Shown here: positions 25,667 through 31,842 of the stretch, piece by piece
How positions within the stretch are numbered: position 1 is the first letter of the stretch
Layout of the letters: the number at the start of each line of letters is the position of its first letter
Virus record (IMG/VR): IMGVR_UViG_3300038679_000076
Coordinates: 1-31,842 of that record
DNA length: 31,842 nucleotides
From: a virus
Taxonomy: Duplodnaviria; Caudoviricetes
Direction: 5' to 3' (one strand)
Translations under genes and position numbers: made by a program
Notes under the pieces: generated by a model
Databases searched by the model: none
Seen by the model: only the letters and a program-made list of their open reading frames with translations
Told to the model about the DNA's origin: nothing

Positions 25667-27043
25667 GTGGGCTGGAGAGAACATCTGAAGAGCCTCGGCT
25701 ACGACCCGAGCGTCCCGATGAGCTCACAGGTCGCGTCGTGGTGGGGCTGGTACACCGCCATGAACGACTGGTACGACTACGAGGCGATCTCGGCGGACGG
25801 GCGCACCACGTACCGGGTCGAGCGCCTGACGGTCAAGCCTGCGCGGATGGTCTGCCAGGAGTACGCGAGCCTCATCCTGAACGAGCGGACCATGGTCGCG
25901 ACGGAGGACGACGACGCGACCGCCCTCATCACGGAGTGGCTCGACGAGTCGTCCTTCCTGGCGTCGGCCCCCCGCCTGGTGGAGAGGGCCTTCGCGCTCG
26001 GTACCGCGGCGTGGGCGCTGCGCCTTGAGAACGTCGTGAAGGGCCAGGCGCTCTCGCCTTCCGCGCGCATCGTGCCGCAACGCTTCGACGCCCGGCAGAT
26101 CGTGCCGCTGTCCTACGACGAGGACCACTGCTCGGAGTGCGCCTTCATCTCGACGGTGGTACACAGCGGCCTGACACTCGACCAGCTGCAGATCCACCGC
26201 ATGTCGGAGCGCGGCACCTACCTCATCGAGACCGCGCTGTTCGACGACAAGGGCAGGCGCGTCGAGATGGACGGCATCGCCCCCGTGATCGACACGGGCA
26301 GCACGGCGCCGACCTTCTCGCTCGTGCGCCCCGGCCTCGAGAACATGTACTGGGACTACGGCCCGTTCGGCGTCTCGGTCTTCGACGACGCGATCGGTGC
26401 CATCAAGCTCGTGGACGCCTCGGTCGACAACATGTACCGCGACATCTGGCTCGGGCAGAAGATGCTCTTCCTCGACGAGCGCATGCTCGGGAAGGACGCC
26501 GCCGGTAACGTGGTCGTGCCGCGCGAGGCCGACCAGCAGCTCTTCCGCAAGACCGAGGCAGACGACGGCACGATGATCGAGGAGTACAACCCCGACCTGC
26601 GCGTCGAGAGCAACCGCACCGCGCTCAGGACCGCGCTCGAGATGCTCGGCGCCCGCTGCGGCATGGGCACCGACTACTTCTCGCTCGAGGGCACCTCGGG
26701 GGTGCGCACCGCGACCGAGGTCAACGCCGAGCAGTCGGACCTCTTCCGCAACGTCCACAAGCACGAGAACGAGCTCGGCCCCGCGATCGCGCGCGTCATC
26801 ACCGGGGTGCTCGGCATCATGCGTTCCATCAACGGGCTCGCAGTGCCAGACGAAGGCGAGATCACGGTGACCTTCGACGACAGCATCATCGACGACACGG
26901 CTACGCGCCGGAAGCGTGACCTGGAGGACATCGCCGCCGGGCTGATGCAGCCATGGGAGTACCGGGTCAAGTGGTACGGCGAGGACGAGGCCACCGCTCG
27001 CGCGATGACCGAGACCGAGGGCCTGCCGGCGTCGGAGTTCTAA
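25667..27043 (+). CDS. Portal protein (A118/SPP1-like)
   Basis: Follows terL; PFGVSVF, TATEV, VTFDDSII, EYRVKWYGE. Confidence 0.92.
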   Translation: MGWREHLKSLGYDPSVPMSSQVASWWGWYTAMNDWYDYEAISADGRTTYRVERLTVKPARMVCQEYASLILNERTMVATEDDDATALITEWLDESSFLASAPRLVERAFALGTAAWALRLENVVKGQALSPSARIVPQRFDARQIVPLSYDEDHCSECAFISTVVHSGLTLDQLQIHRMSERGTYLIETALFDDKGRRVEMDGIAPVIDTGSTAPTFSLVRPGLENMYWDYGPFGVSVFDDAIGAIKLVDASVDNMYRDIWLGQKMLFLDERMLGKDAAGNVVVPREADQQLFRKTEADDGTMIEEYNPDLRVESNRTALRTALEMLGARCGMGTDYFSLEGTSGVRTATEVNAEQSDLFRNVHKHENELGPAIARVITGVLGIMRSINGLAVPDEGEITVTFDDSIIDDTATRRKRDLEDIAAGLMQPWEYRVKWYGEDEATARAMTETEGLPASEF

Positions 27044-27044
27044 C

Positions 27045-28175
27045 GTGCTCACCCCCGAGCAGATCGCCGAGCTCGCGGCGGCTCTCGTGTCCGGCCACGA
27101 GGAGCGCATGGTCGCCGAGCTGATGCAACGCCTCGTGACCTCGCTCGTCAGCGGCGGGACGCTCACCATCTCAGACCAGCGCGCCCTCGAGACCGCCGCC
27201 GCCATGAACCGCGAGGAGGTCGCGCGGATCCTCGCCTCCTACGGCCCGGCCATCTCGAAGGAGAGCACGGGGCTCATCACCGACGCCCTCATCGCGGCCG
27301 ACACCGGCGACGTGGAGCTGCTGTCCTCCGTCTACATCGGCGGCGGCGCCGCGGGCTCCACCGCCGCCTTCATGCGCATCGCCGAGGAGACCGCCGAGGG
27401 CGTGGCGCAGATAATCGCCCGGAACAACCTCAAGATGGCCTACCGCGCCCAGCAGGTGTGGTACGACGTGGCCGCCGAGGCGATCGCCGCGACGAACCAC
27501 GGCGCGCTCCCCATCGGCCGTGTGATGGGCCGCGCCGTCTCGCGGCTCGCGAAGGAGGGCCTCTCCACCATCGACTACGCGTCAGGGGTCAGGAGCGACA
27601 TCGACGTCGCGGTGAGGCGTCACGTGGTGACGCAGGTCGGGCAGGCCTCCGCGCGCATGACGATGGGGCGGCTCGACCAGTACGGGCACGACCTGGTCTA
27701 CACCTCCGCGCACATGGGCGCCCGGCTGGAGCATGCGGCCTGGCAGGGCAAGGCGTTCTCCCGATCGGGGCGCACGAAGGGGTACCCCGACCTCGTGTCG
27801 GAGACCGGCTACGGCACCGTGACGGGGCTCCTCGGGGCGAACTGCGGGCACTCCCTGACACCGTACTTCCCCGGCATCACCGACCTGCCCGAGATGCCCG
27901 AGCGCGTGAACGGCATGACGAATGATGAGCTCTACGAGGCGACGCAGAAGCAGCGCGGGTACGAGCGCGCGATCCGGCAGACGAAACGCGAGGCCGCCGC
28001 GCTCGGACAGGCTGGGCTCGACGACACGCAGGCGCGCCTCAAGCTCGGGGCGCAGCAGCGGCGTCTCAAGGCGTACTCGGACGCGAAGGGGCTGCCGCGT
28101 CAGCCGCTCCGGGAGAAGGCGTACGGCGTAGGGGCGCAGCCGCGGGCGCTCAAAGTGGACAGACGGCTGGCGTAG
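27045..28175 (+). CDS. Minor capsid / head morphogenesis protein
   Basis: SAHMGAR..HA.WQGK, GL.GANC.H, QR..ER.IR..KR. Confidence 0.9.
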   Translation: MLTPEQIAELAAALVSGHEERMVAELMQRLVTSLVSGGTLTISDQRALETAAAMNREEVARILASYGPAISKESTGLITDALIAADTGDVELLSSVYIGGGAAGSTAAFMRIAEETAEGVAQIIARNNLKMAYRAQQVWYDVAAEAIAATNHGALPIGRVMGRAVSRLAKEGLSTIDYASGVRSDIDVAVRRHVVTQVGQASARMTMGRLDQYGHDLVYTSAHMGARLEHAAWQGKAFSRSGRTKGYPDLVSETGYGTVTGLLGANCGHSLTPYFPGITDLPEMPERVNGMTNDELYEATQKQRGYERAIRQTKREAAALGQAGLDDTQARLKLGAQQRRLKAYSDAKGLPRQPLREKAYGVGAQPRALKVDRRLA

Positions 28176-28187
28176 CGCGGGCCCCAG

Positions 28188-28206
28188 GTGACACGGGGCG
28201 CACGAT
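28188..28206 (+). promoter_or_regulatory. Putative late promoter (GTGAC-N8-CACGAT) before scaffold-capsid
   Basis: Shared motif and spacing; intergenic. Confidence 0.6.
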
Positions 28207-28293
28207 TCTGTCGTCGGCCGGGAACGACTATCCCGGCATCCGCTGATGCGACGGCAAGACACCGCCGCCGCGTGACAACAGGAGGACAGGACC

Positions 28294-28863
28294 GTGAAGT
28301 TCAAGAAGGACGACGAGGGCACGCTCGTACTCGACGACGCAGGCGACCCGATCGCCGTGACCGAGACGGGAGAGGTCATCCCGCTCGACAAGGTCGTGAG
28401 CCTCGGGAAGCACCAGCGCATCGAGGGCGAGCGCGACGAGCTCAAGGCCAAGGTGGCCGAGCTCGAGGGCCAGATCGCCGAGCTTGGCAAGGGCTCGGCC
28501 GACGCCGAGGCCCTGAAGGCCAAGGTCGACGAGCTCACCGCCAAGGTCGAGACCGACAAGACCGAGTTCGAGGCCCGCATGGCGGTCCGCGACAAGGAGT
28601 ACGCGCTCGACACGGCGCTCCTGGCCGCCGGGTGCCGCGACACGAAGGCCGCCCGTGCGCACGTCGACATGGACGGCCTCAAGGTCGAGGGCGGCAGGCT
28701 CGCGGGGTTCGACCCCGAGTCGTTCAAGAAGGACCGACCGTACCTGTTCGGCCCGGCAGAGACGCAGAGTTCGGCCGCGCCGTCCGGCGGGGCCGGGGCG
28801 CTCGACCCCGAGAAGATGAGCATGGCCGAATACGCAGAGGCCCGCAAGGCGGGCAAGCTCTAA
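28294..28863 (+). CDS. Capsid scaffolding protein
   Basis: Charged coiled coil, PYLF, MSMAEY...RK; before major capsid. Confidence 0.85.
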   Translation: MKFKKDDEGTLVLDDAGDPIAVTETGEVIPLDKVVSLGKHQRIEGERDELKAKVAELEGQIAELGKGSADAEALKAKVDELTAKVETDKTEFEARMAVRDKEYALDTALLAAGCRDTKAARAHVDMDGLKVEGGRLAGFDPESFKKDRPYLFGPAETQSSAAPSGGAGALDPEKMSMAEYAEARKAGKL

Positions 28864-28881
28864 CCCGAAAGGAACACGCAC

Positions 28882-30003
28882 ATGGCCAACACGCTGCTTA
28901 CCCCGAGCATCATCGCCAAAGAGGCGATCATCGCCCTGGAGAACAACCTGGTCGCCGCGGGGCTCGTGCACCGCGACCACTCCGACGAGTTCGCCAACGT
29001 CGGGGACACGATCTCCGTCCGCAAGCCGGCCACGTTCACCGCGGCCGCGTACAACGGCTCGACCGTCTCCACGCAGGAAGTGGTCGAGACCGCCGTCCCG
29101 GTCGCCCTGTCGAACCTCATGGACGTGACCTTCGCGGTCACCTCCAAGGAGCTCTCGCTCTCGATCCAGGACTTCCGCACGCAGCTGATCGACCCCGCCG
29201 TGCGCGCTCACGCGCAGTCGATCGACAACGCGATCTGCGCGCTGTACAAGGACGTGCCGTACTTCGCGGCCTCCGGCGACACCGCGTGGACGACCCTCAA
29301 GGCGTTCACCGCTCCCCGCAAGGTGCTCAACGACAACAAGGCCCCGTTCGCCGATCGCAAGATGCTGCTCGGCTCGACGGCCGACATGAAGGCGCTCGCG
29401 ATCGAGGCCGTCGTCTCGGCCGAGAAGACGGCGTCAGCCGAGGCCCTGCGCAACGCCGAGCTCGGCCGCATCATCGGCTTCAACACCTTCACCGATCAGA
29501 ACATCGACACCCACACCGCCGGCTCCGGCACCACCGCGGCCAACGCGGTCGTGGACCTCGTCGCTGGCTATGCCGTGGGCGATGACGACCTGCACTTCGA
29601 CGCTCTGTCCACCGCGCTCAAGGTCGGCGACATCCTCGTGATGCCCGACGGCAACAGCCACGTCGTCACCGTCGCCGGTACGCTCTCCACCGCCGACCAG
29701 GACGTGACGGTCTACCCGGCGCTCAAGACGGCCCTCGTCAACGACGCCGTCTGCACCATCAAGAACCCGGCGACGGCCGCCGAGGAGAACCTGGCCTTCC
29801 ACAAGAACGCCTTCGCCCTCGTGACCCGCCCGCTCGCCCCTCCGATGGGTGCGGCCAAGGTCGAGACCGTCAACTGGAACGGCATCAGCCTGCGTGTCGT
29901 GTACGACTACGACCGCAACCTGAAGTCCGACGTGATCTCGGTCGACTGCCTCTGGGGCGTCAAGACCCTCACCCCCGAGCTCGCCTGCCGCACCTGGGGC
30001 TAG
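28882..30003 (+). CDS. Major capsid protein, P22 coat-like
   Basis: MANTLLTP..IA.EA...LEN.L, GDTI.VRKP, NLAFHKNAFAL..RPL, D.LWGVK.L.PE. Confidence 0.92.
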   Translation: MANTLLTPSIIAKEAIIALENNLVAAGLVHRDHSDEFANVGDTISVRKPATFTAAAYNGSTVSTQEVVETAVPVALSNLMDVTFAVTSKELSLSIQDFRTQLIDPAVRAHAQSIDNAICALYKDVPYFAASGDTAWTTLKAFTAPRKVLNDNKAPFADRKMLLGSTADMKALAIEAVVSAEKTASAEALRNAELGRIIGFNTFTDQNIDTHTAGSGTTAANAVVDLVAGYAVGDDDLHFDALSTALKVGDILVMPDGNSHVVTVAGTLSTADQDVTVYPALKTALVNDAVCTIKNPATAAEENLAFHKNAFALVTRPLAPPMGAAKVETVNWNGISLRVVYDYDRNLKSDVISVDCLWGVKTLTPELACRTWG

Positions 30004-30026
30004 GCCCTCGCCGCTGCGCTTGACCG

Positions 30027-30061
30027 GAACGCCCCTGGGATACCGGGGGCGTTCTGTGTGT
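30027..30061 (+). terminator. Intrinsic terminator after major capsid gene
   Basis: 12-bp stem GAACGCCCCTGG/CCGGGGGCGTTC (one GU), GATA loop, TGTGTGT tail. Confidence 0.75.
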
Positions 30062-30065
30062 CCGG

Positions 30066-30084
30066 GTGACGTGCATCGCATCGT
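30066..30084 (+). promoter_or_regulatory. Putative late promoter (GTGAC-N8-CATCGT)
   Basis: Immediately after the capsid terminator; shared motif. Confidence 0.6.
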
Positions 30085-30120
30085 GGTTGGTGCAGGTTTC
30101 TGCATCGAAAGGAGTCGCAT

Positions 30121-30294
30121 GTGGACCAGGTGGTGAAGGCGGACCGCAAGGGTTCGCTCAAGGCCCGCGTGAGGCATGCCGACGGCTCGTACACCGACTA
30201 CGGCTACGTCGTCGGCGGTGGCCTTCGGGGTGTCTGTGACCGGATCAGGGTCCGCGTTCGCGGACTGACGATGGGAGGCACCAATGGCAAGTGA
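30121..30294 (+). CDS. 57-aa hypothetical virion-module protein (not in ORF track)
   Basis: AAAGGAG SD, GTG start; LKARVRHADGSYTDYG; overlaps next start. Confidence 0.6.
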   Translation: MDQVVKADRKGSLKARVRHADGSYTDYGYVVGGGLRGVCDRIRVRVRGLTMGGTNGK

Positions 30295-30652
30295 CATCTA
30301 CGTCCAGGCCGGCGAAGAGGCCGTGATCGACCTCATCGACACGTGGCTGTCCACGACCTGGCAGTTCCAGTCGGGCATCGGCACGACGAACGCCGTCAAG
30401 GGCAACACTGCGCTCGAGAACACCACCGGCTGCCCGGCGAAGGCGACACCATCCTCGTCAAGCAAGACGCAGCCGGTCGCTGACAAGATCCAGTGTGTCG
30501 GCACCATAGCCTACACCGGCACCCTCGCCATCACGGAGTTCGGGTGGTTCGGCCCCGGCGGGACGATCCTGCTCCAGCGCCACACGTTTGCTGCCATCAA
30601 CGTCGTCAACGGCGACAGCATCGAGTTCACGGTCAGCCACGAACAGGCGTGA
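30284..30652 (+). CDS. Beta-rich virion protein resembling fibre/collar attachment domains
   Basis: GIGT......TALE, AITEFGWF, F..INV..GDSIEFT pattern; GGAGG SD. Confidence 0.65.
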   Translation: MASDIYVQAGEEAVIDLIDTWLSTTWQFQSGIGTTNAVKGNTALENTTGCPAKATPSSSSKTQPVADKIQCVGTIAYTGTLAITEFGWFGPGGTILLQRHTFAAINVVNGDSIEFTVSHEQA

Positions 30653-30683
30653 CCGCCGCCCCGTTCCGAAAGGAGGGGCGTGT

Positions 30684-30896
30684 ATGGCACGCACGGGACT
30701 GGACAGGTTGACCCCGCCTGAGCGGCTGCATGCCCTTGGTCTCGCCGAAGCTGTCGTGGATGCGCTCGTGGTCGGGGACTCATGGGCGTTCGGTGAGGCG
30801 CTCGCCGCCTCCTCGCCGATCGCCGGACTCTCACGTCGCGCCCGTAAGACGCTCGATGCCGCCGCAGCCGTGCTCTTCCATGAGCGGGGTGCGTGA
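30684..30896 (+). CDS. 70-aa hypothetical protein
   Basis: AAGGAGG SD; TGATG coupling to the fibre gene. Confidence 0.55.
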   Translation: MARTGLDRLTPPERLHALGLAEAVVDALVVGDSWAFGEALAASSPIAGLSRRARKTLDAAAAVLFHERGA

Positions 30897-31842
30897 TGGC
30901 TACCCAGACGGGGGTGCCGACCAGCGATTCTGCGACCGGCACGTGGAGTCCGGCGTCGGGGAGCATCTACGCCGTCCTCGACGAGTCGCCGCCGCTCTCA
31001 TCTGGCGGCGACTCCGATTCAGCGACCCATGGGACGGCGACGGCCGGCGCGCTGACGCTCGGCTTCTCGGCGTTCAGCGTCCCCGCTGGTTCGACGATAA
31101 CGAGAGTGTCGGTCTACGGGCGGGCGCGGAAGACCTCGAACCAGACCAACAACATCACTCCGTGGATCATCAGCAACGCTTCGGGCGGGACACCGACGTA
31201 CCGTCATGGAACGGCGTGGGGGCTCGTCAACGGCGTGACGAACAACTTCCAGCGAGACTGGACGGCCGACCCTCGTACGAATGCACCGTGGACGGTCGCG
31301 GCCGTCAACGGGCTCTCGGCGTTCGGCACCTACTCGACCGACGCGAGCCCGACCATCGTCATCTACCAGATGTACATCGAGGTCGAGTACTCGCCTCCTG
31401 CTGTGACCAAGAGCGTCGCGGCGACCGCCTCGGCCGGTGCGACGCTAGGGAGGAGCACGAAGAGGACGCTTCTCGCGGCGTCGGCGGCGGTCCTGCCCGC
31501 GCTTTCCAGAGGGACGCGCAGGGCCCTCACGCGCGCCGCCTCGGCCGTGCCGCTCGTCGCCAGGCGGACCAGGCGGACGCTCGTAGCCTCTGGTGTGTCC
31601 GTGGCATCGGCGGCGAAGCGTACCCGCAGGACGCTCTCGCGCGCCGCCTCAGCCATCGCCGCCGCCCTGGGCGCACGGCTCTACCAGAAGGCGCTCACGG
31701 CGTCGGCAACCGTCACGGCATCGCTCTCCCGCAGGACGCGCAAGACGCTTGCGAGGACGTCTTCTGTCGTCGCCTCGGTCGTCAAGCGGACGCGCCGTCG
31801 ACTCGCGAGGGCGGCCTCGGCGATCACGACGACCACCGGAGC
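30896..31842 (+). CDS. 5' part of ~440-aa fibre-like protein: N-terminal beta domain then ~18-aa Arg/Ala repeats
   Basis: Open from ATG 30896 to window end, continuing to TAG 450; MATQTGVPTSD...IYQMYIEVEY then RRTL.R.AS....RRT repeats. Confidence 0.85.
   Translation, partial: MATQTGVPTSDSATGTWSPASGSIYAVLDESPPLSSGGDSDSATHGTATAGALTLGFSAFSVPAGSTITRVSVYGRARKTSNQTNNITPWIISNASGGTPTYRHGTAWGLVNGVTNNFQRDWTADPRTNAPWTVAAVNGLSAFGTYSTDASPTIVIYQMYIEVEYSPPAVTKSVAATASAGATLGRSTKRTLLAASAAVLPALSRGTRRALTRAASAVPLVARRTRRTLVASGVSVASAAKRTRRTLSRAASAIAAALGARLYQKALTASATVTASLSRRTRKTLARTSSVVASVVKRTRRRLARAASAITTTTG
31769..31842 (+). repeat. Terminal direct repeat, right copy
   Basis: Identical to 1-74. Confidence 0.97.

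Larger units (their letters stand above)
1..31842. mobile_element. Complete temperate siphophage genome in circular/excised form with intact attP
   Basis: Terminase, portal, capsid, tail, lysis, integrase, repressor and replication genes all present; no host genes; 74-bp end overlap; partial tRNA beside integrase. Confidence 0.95.

Noticed and set aside
1-31842. Genome-wide TAG reassignment, DGR, invertase shufflon or defence genes
   Set aside because: No TAG inside conserved domains; no reverse transcriptase, second recombinase or recognisable defence gene seen.

Overview
The window is an apparently complete, circularly assembled temperate siphophage genome of about 31,768 bp; bases 1-74 are repeated exactly at 31769-31842. 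GC is roughly 70% by eye, and an actinobacterial, possibly Coriobacteriia-like, host is inferred but not shown. Modules in order: A118-like neck/tail genes, tape measure and FN3-rich tail tip (451-10209); amidase/holin lysis (10256-11696); attP carrying the 3' half of tRNA-Phe(GAA), a tyrosine integrase and a CI/Cro switch (11820-14426); an early region with a membrane-anchored lytic transglycosylase and a classical C2H2 zinc-finger microprotein; replication (SNF2 helicase, SSB-like protein, primase-DUF927 helicase, palindromic iteron origin, VRR-NUC); PBSX-type terminase, A118-type portal and P22-type capsid; and a post-capsid fibre cassette crossing the contig junction. Most notable non-obvious signals: (1) a complete type II hammerhead ribozyme fold with pseudoknot and variant CCGAUGA core, predicted to cut 6 nt after the helicase stop; (2) a GTGAC-N8-SANNNT motif before all four late units; (3) eight consecutive tail genes in one reading frame, mostly separated by TAG; (4) a fibre cassette apparently fused onto the head-tail adaptor. 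All family assignments come from motif recognition and synteny, not database searches.
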